A DNA stretch of 64,000 nt. It comes from Patescibacteria group bacterium. GTDB lineage: Bacteria; Patescibacteriota; Minisyncoccia; UBA6257; 2-01-FULL-56-20. The first letter of the stretch is position 1. Each line of letters opens with the position of its first letter. This document shows positions 26,356-34,646 of this stretch, piece by piece. A program made the position numbers and the translations under genes. The DNA lies in NCBI GenBank assembly GCA_024654525.1, contig JANLHI010000021.1, forward strand, positions 1,969 to 65,968, written 5' to 3'. Under the pieces are notes generated by a model. It was not told the origin of the DNA and searched no databases. It was given only the letters and a program-made list of their open reading frames with translations.

Positions 26356-27603
26356 ATGACCCAAATAAAAGTTATAAAAAATCAAAAAGACTACGAAGAA
26401 GCTCTCAAGCTCATTGAGGGGCTTATGAACCGTAGCCCTGACCCCAACAGCGACGAAGGTGCACAACTTGAACTTCTTAGCGTCCTTATTGAGGACTACG
26501 AGTCAAGACAATTCCCTAGTGCACTTCCTAGTCCTGTCGAGGCAATCAGATTCCGCATGGAACAAAGCGACCTCAAACCGGTTGATCTCGTACCCTACCT
26601 CGGTAGCCGTAGCCGTGTTTCTGAAATCCTTTCCGGAAAACGACAACTCACGCTTGATATGGTTCGTGCTCTTTCTACGGGTCTTGGTATTCCGGAAAAG
26701 GTGCTTGTCCAAAAACCGAATCAATCGGAAGAATCGCGTTATGAACGCTGGGATATACGCATAGTCCGGGCTATGGAAAGCTACGGGTACTTCGGGAACA
26801 AAACGCTAAAGAAATTCAACAAGGGCGAACTACTGAAAAAATATTTTGGCTCTTTTGGTGGAAACTTACAACCAGTAGCACTTCTCCGTGCCAGTATCAG
26901 CCATCGTTCTGCCCCAAGAACAGATACTGGGGCATTGGATGCATGGAAAATTCGCGTGCTACAAAAAGCAGAGAAAATAAAAACGTCTGTTAAATACAAA
27001 CACGGGGTTATTGATGTTGATTTCATGCGCAAGCTCGTCAAATTAAGCACAAAAAAAGACGGGCCAACTTTGGCGTGCGAAGAATTAAAAAAGATAGGAA
27101 TCAAAGTGGTGATTGAACGACATCTTCCAAAAACTTTCCTCGATGGTGCAGCTATTCTAGAAGATAAAGACAATCCTGTAATCGGCATCACACTTCGACA
27201 TGACCGACTAGATAACTTCTGGTTTACGCTTATGCATGAGGTGGCTCACGTAGCACTACACTGCGATCAAAATATCAGCACTTTTTACGATGAGAAATTG
27301 CTAGAAAAGAACGGAGGGCAAATGACAGAAGAAGAACAGAAACGGGAACGTGAAGCCGACGAATGGGCGGAGGAAGCCATTTTACCGGAGAGTAAGTGGG
27401 AGATTAGTAACGCAAAAATCACTCCATCACCCATGGCAGCACAAAGTCTCGCTAACGAACTCAGTATTCACGTTGCCGTAGTTGCTGGTGTTGTGCGATT
27501 CAAACATCAAAATTTCTTCTACTTGAACAAGATCGTTAATGACGAAACTGCAAAAGTACGCCGACTATTTCCTGATGCGTTTAAAGCAAAAACAGTAACA
27601 TGA
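26356..27603 (+). CDS. HigA-like antitoxin (helical N-domain plus XRE HTH) fused to an ImmA/IrrE (DUF955, M78-like) metallopeptidase domain
   Basis: Residues 1-135 mirror the E. coli HigA architecture (YEEALKLIEGLMNRSPDPNSDEGAQLELLSVLIEDYE, then LGSRSRVSEILSGKRQLTLDMVRALSTGLGI). The C-terminal region carries the HExxH motif HEVAHVALH with downstream Glu residues, typical of ImmA/IrrE. Confidence 0.7.
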   Translation: MTQIKVIKNQKDYEEALKLIEGLMNRSPDPNSDEGAQLELLSVLIEDYESRQFPSALPSPVEAIRFRMEQSDLKPVDLVPYLGSRSRVSEILSGKRQLTLDMVRALSTGLGIPEKVLVQKPNQSEESRYERWDIRIVRAMESYGYFGNKTLKKFNKGELLKKYFGSFGGNLQPVALLRASISHRSAPRTDTGALDAWKIRVLQKAEKIKTSVKYKHGVIDVDFMRKLVKLSTKKDGPTLACEELKKIGIKVVIERHLPKTFLDGAAILEDKDNPVIGITLRHDRLDNFWFTLMHEVAHVALHCDQNISTFYDEKLLEKNGGQMTEEEQKREREADEWAEEAILPESKWEISNAKITPSPMAAQSLANELSIHVAVVAGVVRFKHQNFFYLNKIVNDETAKVRRLFPDAFKAKTVT

Positions 27604-28715
27604 CAGCTATAAAACCCTACATTCCTATACTTCGCTCACGACCTGCTGAAATGCTGGCACTTGAACGCATGTATCCGCAAGATCGCGAACAGATTACACC
27701 GTTTATCGAGTTCATCATGCCACCACCAAAAACAGACAAAGATGATCGCACGAAGATTGTCGAGGACTCTAGAAGTAAACTTCTCAGACAACTATCAGAT
27801 GTTGGCGTGCGACTTCTCAAGTATTGTGGTAGAGAAGCAGTATTTATAGACGTGCATCTACTCGACGGGGATATACGTGCAGATGCGTTTGAAAGCATTC
27901 TTTCGGCAACAAACGAAGTTGATCTCTTCTCAATTCCCGTTGTTCATATTGTCCCTGTTATAGGTACAGATGCGGACATGGCAACACGAGAAGTGGCTGT
28001 GAAATACGCAAAAATCAACGACAGAGGTATGTGTATTCGTATTGATATTTCTCATTTCAAAGACGAGAATCTTGTGACTCACATTGATGAGTTCATAAAA
28101 GACAGTGATCTTGATATAAAAAATATTGATATTTTGGTTGACCTTCAAATCGTTGATGAGAGCACAACAGCAGAATCCGTCGTTGGAAAACTTAATCGTC
28201 TTCCGCAAATCAAATCCTGCCGCTCTTTTATTCTTACGGGAGGAGCATTTCCAAAAGATCTCTCAGAATACCCCAAACATGGGAACTACCAACGAGAACG
28301 GCTTGACTATGCGCTTTGGCAAAGCGTAAGTAACTTGATTACAAGTCGAAAACCGTATTTCTCTGACTACACAATCCAACATCCTATTTACTACGGCAAC
28401 ATGCCCGGTGTGAACCCTAGCGCTAGCGTACGGTACACAAACGATACCCAATGGGAGATTATTCGAGGTGAAGGTTTGAGAAATAAAAAAGGGGCAGGAT
28501 TCAAACAGTATTTGGCACATGCACGAGAGATAATTCAACAGCCATTCTACAAGAACGCCGATTATAGTTTTGGGGATTCAGAAATTAACCGTATTGCTTC
28601 GCAGGATGAAAAGACAGGAAATCCGCAACTGTGGCTAAACATTGGTATCAACCACCATTTGACGCTAGTGGCGAAACAACTCGCTGACTTTCGCGAGAAG
28701 ATAAAGCAGTCATAA
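27600..28715 (+). CDS. Uncharacterised 371-aa protein, translationally coupled to the HigA-ImmA gene (ATGA start/stop overlap)
   Basis: Clean ORF with coding-like composition. No motif I can assign with confidence. From memory only, it may belong to the sce7725 / beta-protein family that pairs with sce7726-type PD-(D/E)xK proteins. Confidence 0.5.
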   Translation: MTAIKPYIPILRSRPAEMLALERMYPQDREQITPFIEFIMPPPKTDKDDRTKIVEDSRSKLLRQLSDVGVRLLKYCGREAVFIDVHLLDGDIRADAFESILSATNEVDLFSIPVVHIVPVIGTDADMATREVAVKYAKINDRGMCIRIDISHFKDENLVTHIDEFIKDSDLDIKNIDILVDLQIVDESTTAESVVGKLNRLPQIKSCRSFILTGGAFPKDLSEYPKHGNYQRERLDYALWQSVSNLITSRKPYFSDYTIQHPIYYGNMPGVNPSASVRYTNDTQWEIIRGEGLRNKKGAGFKQYLAHAREIIQQPFYKNADYSFGDSEINRIASQDEKTGNPQLWLNIGINHHLTLVAKQLADFREKIKQS

Positions 28716-29301
28716 CGTGCCCTTTGAGCGCGTCGAGATCGTCCTTGAAGACCTCGGCAATCTTCTCGTGAATTACACTGCGGGATTTTGAACGAATGCC
28801 ATCAGCCGCGTTTCTCTCCTCCAAGATGCTTAGGGCCTGTGTGCGCCACAGCATTCGAGCTAGGGAAACAGGTACTTGAGCGTCTTCATTCTGTCTTGCC
28901 TCTCGAATCGTAAAGAAAACAACCTGTTGACCTGAGTCTATCTTTGCGAGATCAATACCCCACCATTCCGGGATCCGGTGAATCGCGTCGAGTAAATGAC
29001 GCTGACCAACAACGAGCGTTATCTTATCAAAAACTTCGTTGTACTCGTGGATCTGATCAAACAAGCGTGAGAGAGTATCTTTGTCGCTCTTAATCTCATA
29101 ACCGTGCATAACGCCGTTTATGACGGCCATATCGATTCGTGCCCTACCATGACTCACTCCTAGTTCCTCAAAAATGTCGGCCTGCTTACCAGTTTGCGTT
29201 CTATACTCGTCCAACTCTTTTTCAATACGCCGTCGCAATTCTATTCGTATGATGTGATCATTCGTGGAAACTATTTTTTTATTGAAATTTTGTGTTTCCA
29301 T
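28648..29301 (-). CDS. PD-(D/E)xK nuclease-fold protein (possibly sce7726-like), convergent to the 27600..28715 gene, with a 68-nt 3' overlap
   Basis: Motif GRARIDMAVINGVMHGYEIKSDKD fits the D...(E/D)xK catalytic core. 217 aa. Confidence 0.5.
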   Translation of the reverse strand: METQNFNKKIVSTNDHIIRIELRRRIEKELDEYRTQTGKQADIFEELGVSHGRARIDMAVINGVMHGYEIKSDKDTLSRLFDQIHEYNEVFDKITLVVGQRHLLDAIHRIPEWWGIDLAKIDSGQQVVFFTIREARQNEDAQVPVSLARMLWRTQALSILEERNAADGIRSKSRSVIHEKIAEVFKDDLDALKGHVMTALSSRESQRVVSPLASNGG

Positions 29302-29507
29302 GATTAAAAAGCAAGAACAACCGATACATAGATTTTACCACAACAACGCTATCACTGGATACCAGTGTCGCTGTGGATGAACAACCGACCGAGCCCCGTT
29401 TTCCGCCCCCGCCTATACAAATGTTTCGGCGGGCAGGCATTCAATTTCTAAAAAAGTACCTACGCCTGCGTGGCCGAAGCCACTTCGGCGAGGCGAAGGC
29501 CCGCAAC

Positions 29508-29527
29508 CTGCCTGCCGGCAGGCAGGA
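29508..29527. repeat. Perfect 20-bp GC-rich palindrome CCTGCCTGCCGGCAGGCAGG (copy 1)
   Basis: An exact second copy is at 49853..49872. Embedded in a GC-rich noncoding region that also contains a GCCGAAG-CCA-CTTCGGC hairpin and motifs shared with the 21757-22071 and 100-215 regions. Confidence 0.8.
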
Positions 29528-29620
29528 AAAATAAAAAACATAGACAGCGGAAATGGGGCAGAGGGCCGGACGCGCCGCCAAAATTTCTGCCCCTAAAAAG
29601 CCAGTTGAGTTTGATTCTTG

Positions 29621-29692
29621 AGCCGGTGGTCGGATTTGAACCGACGACCCACGCTTTACGAAAGCGTTGCTCTGCCCCTGAGCTACACCGGC
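29621..29692 (-). tRNA. tRNA-Thr (anticodon CGU)
   Basis: Minus-strand sequence GCCGGTGTAGCTCAGGGGCAGAGCAACGCTTTCGTAAAGCGTGGGTCGTCGGTTCAAATCCGACCACCGGCT folds as a cloverleaf. Anticodon loop TTCGTAA, T-loop GGTTCAAATCC. CCA is not encoded. Confidence 0.85.
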
Positions 29693-29852
29693 ATTGGTAC
29701 GGTCGGGTGAATATTACATGAATTAAAGTGGCAACTTCCCCATTCTACGGAATTAGTCCAAAAATGCAACGCAATTCCTTATACATAACCGACTCATAAA
29801 AGAGATGCTTTCTTCTCACTCTAAAATCCCCTAGAATAAGGGCAACCAACTC

Positions 29853-32800
29853 ATGCCTAAATTCGTACACTTACATACTCACTCCCACTATTCGCTTCTC
29901 GATGGACTCGCAAAAATCGAAGACCTTGTGGCACGCACCAAAGAGCTCGGCATGGATACGCTTGCATTAACCGATCATGGCGTACTCTATGGTGCAGTAG
30001 AATTTTATAAAAAAACGAGAGCGGCGGGCATCAAACCCATCTTAGGAGTCGAAGCATACATTGCACCGAAGGAACGCCAAAATAAAGACGCGGGAGACAG
30101 ATATTATCACCTTATTCTTCTTGCCGAAAATAATACGGGGTGGAAAAATCTCATAAAACTCGTAACAAAAGCACAGCTTGAAGGGTTTTATTACAAACCA
30201 CGGATGGATAAAGAACTTCTTCGCGAATATCACGAAGGCATTATCTCACTTTCAGGATGCTTCTCCGGAGAACTTGCGCGCGCCATTCTTGCGGGAGATT
30301 CCGGCGAAAAGATACTTAAGGAATATCAGGATATCTTCGGTCCGGAAAATTTCTTTATCGAGATAGGGTACCATCCTCACATCAATCGCGCAGAACACGA
30401 CAAACTTTGGAACGGCTTGATTGCACTTTCAAAAAAAACGGGGGCTCCTCTTGTCGCCACACAAGACCTTCACTATGCGCGCCCCGAAGACCGCGACTAC
30501 CATGATATATTGCTTGCGGTTCAAACCGGGAGCAATTTGAGCGACCAAGACAGACTCACCCTCAAAGCGGATGACTTTTCCATGACGTCTCCCGAGGATA
30601 TGGCAGAAAAATTCAAAGATATTCCCGAAGCGGTAACGAACACCGTTCGCATCGCCGAACGATGCAATGTAACACTGGAACTTGGAAAAACTCAACTTCC
30701 CGAATTTCCAAAACCCGAAGGGATAAGCGCGAACGAGTATGTCCGCACGCTTGCCACCGAAGGATTAACACGCCGATTTCCCGGTATCACATGCACACAA
30801 GAAGCGAAAGATCGTCTTGAGTATGAGCTTGGCGTTATAGAAAAAACAGGATTTGCGGATTATTTCCTTATTGTCCAAGACCTTACCGGATGGGCGCGCG
30901 CGCATGGCATTGCGGTCGGTCCGGGCCGTGGTTCTGCGGCGGGAAGTCTGGTTTCCTATGTTCTGGGTATTACCGATATTAATCCTTTGAAATACGGATT
31001 ACTCTTCGAACGATTCTTGAATCCGGAGCGTATTCAAATGCCCGATATCGACATTGATTTTGCCGATGCGCGAAGAGACGAAGTACTTGCCTATGCCCGT
31101 CAAAAATACGGAGAAGACCACGTAGCGCAAATAATTACATTCGGGACTATGGCAGCACGTGCCGCAGTGAGGGATGCGGGACGGGCAATGGGTTTGCCGT
31201 ACGGTTTTTGCGATCAAATCGCGAAACTCATCCCTTTCAATGCATCGATCAAGGAATCTATTGACCAAGTACCCGAGCTTGCGGACATGGCTAAACAAAA
31301 CGAAGAAGCGCGCCGACTCTTGGACGCCGCACAACATCTTGAGGGTGTCGCACGACATGCATCGGTACACGCATGCGGTACGGTGATTACAAAAAAACCC
31401 CTCACCGAATATCTTCCTCTTCAATATGCCCCGCAAGACAGAGCGGTGATTATTACACAGTTTGAAATGCATTCCGTGGAAGACTTAGGACTTCTTAAAA
31501 TGGATCTTCTTGGGCTCCGAAACCTCACTATCATCGAGGAAACCGTGCGACTTGTGAAAAATATCCGCGGCGAAGATATTTATATTTCCGATCTTCCACT
31601 CGACGATGCCGCGACATATTCCCTTCTTCAAGCGGGTAACACTACCGGTGTGTTCCAATTCGAATGCCTTTCGGAAGAAACGATCGTATCCAATACCACC
31701 ATTAAAAAGCTCTACGAGCGGAAGAATAAGAAGACACTCGAGTCGGTATATGTCGACGAAGGGAAAGTACATAAAAATAAAATCCTTGGTGTCGCGAAAA
31801 GCGGCGTGAAAGACGTGTATGCGCTTGTCGCCGAGAACGGGTGGTATATCAAATCTTCTGCGGACCATAATTTTCTTACCGAGAACGGATGGAAGAAACT
31901 TTCGGATATTCGACCCGGCGAAAAGATACTCATGAAGACAAAAGCAAAGCACCTCGTCTATAACGCGTGCGCACGTTGCGGGAGGCAAATTAGCGGACAA
32001 AAAGAAGGACACAGCACATTCTGCTACACGTGTTCAGCTCGCGTATATAGCAACCCCAGCAAACCGATCTCGCGCACAAAAATGAAGGTCGCGCGAACGC
32101 GGTTTTTCGAACGAGGCGGAACAGTATGGAACGAAGGCGTAACGACCGAAAATAACGAGACTTGGCGTGCAACCGCGGAAAAAATATCGCATGCGCTCAC
32201 TGGCGTATCCATTGAAACGCGATGGGGCAAGAAAAAAGCCGCGGAGATAAAAGCCCGGTTGTCGCAAAGGTTTAGAGGCGCGGGGAATCCAATGTTCGGC
32301 AAACCTGCTCCCCACCGCAAAGGAGGCGTGCGAGGAGATTTGGGCCACTATGTGCGTTCAAATTGGGAAGCGGATTTTGCACGAATCCTCAAACTGTATG
32401 GAATCGCATATGAATATGAACCGAGATCCTTTACTCTTCAAAACTCGCGGGGAGAGGTAATGCATTATACTCCCGATTTTTACGTGAAAGCCACCAATAC
32501 TTTCTATGAAATAAAGGGATGGCTCCACGATATTGACCAGAAAAAAATGGACCTTTTCCGGCAACAGTATCCTGAATACAATTTTATTCTCATTAACAAA
32601 ACAAAGTTTGCGGAACTGGCGATGCGCTACCGCAGTCTTGTCGCTTGGGAATGTCCGAGGGTTCCTACAGAACGAAGTTTTAAATTTATAAAAGTGAGGG
32701 AAGTGCGGTACGCAGGAAAAGAAGAAACGTATGACATCGCGATGGAAGCACCCGGAAATAACTTCGTGGCAAATGGATTCGTCGTGCATAACTCGAGCGG

Positions 32801-34172
32801 CATGCGTCGCTATATGAAAGATATCCATCCCACCGAACTGGAAGATTTAATTGCGCTTGTGGCACTTTTCCGCCCCGGTCCCATGGAGCTTATTCCCACA
32901 TTTATCAAACGAAAACGCGGTGAAGAAAAAATTGTGTATCTTCATCCTCGACTGGAACCTATTTTGAAAAACACCAACGGCATTGGCGTATATCAGGAGC
33001 AAATGATGCAGATTGCCCGCGATCTTGCAGGCTACACACTCCCCGAAGCAGACACGCTTCGAAAAGCAATCGGTAAAAAAATAAAATCGCTTCTTGACGA
33101 ACAGAAAGTAAAACTTACGAATGGCATGATTAAAAATGGTATTCCTCAGAAAACCGCGGAAGCGATTTGGGAACTTTTTCCTCCCTTCGCACGCTACGGA
33201 TTTAACAAGTCGCACGCGGCATGCTACGCCCTGATCGGCTATCAGACCGCGTATCTTAAAGCTCATTATCCGGTTGAATCCATGGCGGCTCTTTTAAACG
33301 CAGAAGTCAGCGATATCGAACGTATTGCGTTTTTAGTCAATGAGGCACGGCAAACCGGAATATCCATCCTTCCTCCCGACGTAAACAGCAGTTTGGTCAA
33401 ATTCTCTCCGAATGGAGAAGAAGTGCGTTATGGGCTTCTCGGTATAAAGAATGTCGGGGAACAAATTGCGCAAGCAATAGTGGAAGAAAGGATACGGGGA
33501 GGCGCCTTCGAAAACTTCACTTCTTTTCTTGCACGCATTCAACATAAAGATTTAAATAAAAAATCACTCGAAAGTTTAGCAAAATGCGGCGCACTTGAAT
33601 CTCTTGATATAGAGCGCAATCAAGCTATCCAGAACATGGACGATATTGTCCGCTTTGCAGGAGTTGCGCGGAAAACCGCATCCCAAACCAATTCACTTTT
33701 TGGTAATTCAACCGCATCACTCTCCATTAAATTAAAACCCGCTCCTCCCGCAACGCGAGAAGAAAAACTCGGATGGGAAAAGGAGCTCCTTGGATTTTAT
33801 CTTTCTGATCATCCCCTGAATTCATTCAAGGAACAACTTGCTACTTTGCGTGCGCGAACGCTTACCGAACTTCGCACTATTAAAAACGAGAGTCTTACCA
33901 TACGCGCCGCAGGACTTATTACCACCATCAAAAAAATATTCACGAAAAAAGGAGATGCGATGATGTTTGTGACTATTGAAGACTTTTCCCCGCAACCCTT
34001 TGAAATAGTAATTTTCCCCCGCGTACTCGAAAAAACACAGGCAGTGTGGCAAGAAAACAATGTAGTCCTTCTTCAGGGAAAAATGTCTTGGCGTGGCGGA
34101 GAACCAAAAATCATCTGCGACGATGCAAGGAAATTGGAATTGCACCACACGGAGAAAAAAACGCCCGCTTAA
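29853..34172 (+). CDS. dnaE: DNA polymerase III alpha subunit, interrupted by an in-frame intein
   Basis: N-terminal PHP domain (HLHTHSHYSLLDG), polymerase core motifs, OB-fold C-terminus. 1439 aa including a 376-aa intein, leaving about 1063 aa of extein. Confidence 0.9.
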   Translation: MPKFVHLHTHSHYSLLDGLAKIEDLVARTKELGMDTLALTDHGVLYGAVEFYKKTRAAGIKPILGVEAYIAPKERQNKDAGDRYYHLILLAENNTGWKNLIKLVTKAQLEGFYYKPRMDKELLREYHEGIISLSGCFSGELARAILAGDSGEKILKEYQDIFGPENFFIEIGYHPHINRAEHDKLWNGLIALSKKTGAPLVATQDLHYARPEDRDYHDILLAVQTGSNLSDQDRLTLKADDFSMTSPEDMAEKFKDIPEAVTNTVRIAERCNVTLELGKTQLPEFPKPEGISANEYVRTLATEGLTRRFPGITCTQEAKDRLEYELGVIEKTGFADYFLIVQDLTGWARAHGIAVGPGRGSAAGSLVSYVLGITDINPLKYGLLFERFLNPERIQMPDIDIDFADARRDEVLAYARQKYGEDHVAQIITFGTMAARAAVRDAGRAMGLPYGFCDQIAKLIPFNASIKESIDQVPELADMAKQNEEARRLLDAAQHLEGVARHASVHACGTVITKKPLTEYLPLQYAPQDRAVIITQFEMHSVEDLGLLKMDLLGLRNLTIIEETVRLVKNIRGEDIYISDLPLDDAATYSLLQAGNTTGVFQFECLSEETIVSNTTIKKLYERKNKKTLESVYVDEGKVHKNKILGVAKSGVKDVYALVAENGWYIKSSADHNFLTENGWKKLSDIRPGEKILMKTKAKHLVYNACARCGRQISGQKEGHSTFCYTCSARVYSNPSKPISRTKMKVARTRFFERGGTVWNEGVTTENNETWRATAEKISHALTGVSIETRWGKKKAAEIKARLSQRFRGAGNPMFGKPAPHRKGGVRGDLGHYVRSNWEADFARILKLYGIAYEYEPRSFTLQNSRGEVMHYTPDFYVKATNTFYEIKGWLHDIDQKKMDLFRQQYPEYNFILINKTKFAELAMRYRSLVAWECPRVPTERSFKFIKVREVRYAGKEETYDIAMEAPGNNFVANGFVVHNSSGMRRYMKDIHPTELEDLIALVALFRPGPMELIPTFIKRKRGEEKIVYLHPRLEPILKNTNGIGVYQEQMMQIARDLAGYTLPEADTLRKAIGKKIKSLLDEQKVKLTNGMIKNGIPQKTAEAIWELFPPFARYGFNKSHAACYALIGYQTAYLKAHYPVESMAALLNAEVSDIERIAFLVNEARQTGISILPPDVNSSLVKFSPNGEEVRYGLLGIKNVGEQIAQAIVEERIRGGAFENFTSFLARIQHKDLNKKSLESLAKCGALESLDIERNQAIQNMDDIVRFAGVARKTASQTNSLFGNSTASLSIKLKPAPPATREEKLGWEKELLGFYLSDHPLNSFKEQLATLRARTLTELRTIKNESLTIRAAGLITTIKKIFTKKGDAMMFVTIEDFSPQPFEIVIFPRVLEKTQAVWQENNVVLLQGKMSWRGGEPKIICDDARKLELHHTEKKTPA
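31665..32792 (+). mobile_element. Intein in DnaE (Cys1...His-Asn, followed by Ser+1) carrying a homing-endonuclease-like insert with a Zn ribbon, a NUMOD-like segment and a PD-(D/E)xK-like motif
   Basis: The insertion splits the conserved GVFQFE / SSGMRRY extein junction. Block A CLSEET, block B SADHNFLT, block F/G ETYDIAMEAPGNNFVANGFVVHN then S. Internal CARCG...CYTC Zn ribbon and YTPDFYVKATNTFYEIKG. Confidence 0.8.
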
Positions 34173-34588
34173 GACGGAAAAGGCGCATGAAGAAGCACGC
34201 TTGAGTGAAATTTTCCCGGTTCGTAAGGTTCCATCATTTTAATTTCAAACTGCCAATCGAATTCCGCTCTATGTTTTTCCAGATCTTCCTTGAATCGTTC
34301 TTGATCGTATCCCACCGCCACCACATCCGGCTTCTGCATTTTTAATACTTTATAGCTTCCAAGCGCCACGTCTCCTACTACTGCCTCATCGACATAATCA
34401 ACCGATTTTATATGTTCCAAACGGACATGAGCCGGTAAACTGGGATAGTGGCCTTTCAGCTCTTCCACAACTACGTCTCGCGTCACCACCGCGATAAGAT
34501 ATTCACCACATTTTCTGGCTTGCTTCAAAAAATCACGATGCCCGTCGTGAATACCATCAAATACTCCAAATACAAGGACTTTACGCAT
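34169..34588 (-). CDS. Cytidylyl/adenylyltransferase-like nucleotidyltransferase (HxGH motif; RibL/TagD/RfaE-II-like)
   Basis: VFGVFDGIHDGHRDFL at the N-terminus; 139 aa. Confidence 0.5.
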   Translation of the reverse strand: MRKVLVFGVFDGIHDGHRDFLKQARKCGEYLIAVVTRDVVVEELKGHYPSLPAHVRLEHIKSVDYVDEAVVGDVALGSYKVLKMQKPDVVAVGYDQERFKEDLEKHRAEFDWQFEIKMMEPYEPGKFHSSVLLHAPFPS

Positions 34589-34646
34589 ACAAGTTAGAGA
34601 ATTAAGTTAAGAAAAAGATTGCGCATAATTCGCCGCTCACAACCCA

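Noticed and set aside
29508-29527. The 20-bp palindrome as a rho-independent terminator
   Set aside because: Not flanked by a U-run in the correct orientation on either strand at either copy.
22072-29620. Classic tRNA-integrated genomic island or prophage
   Set aside because: No integrase, recombinase or phage structural genes. No direct repeat of the tRNA-Thr 3' end was found at the distal boundary by eye.
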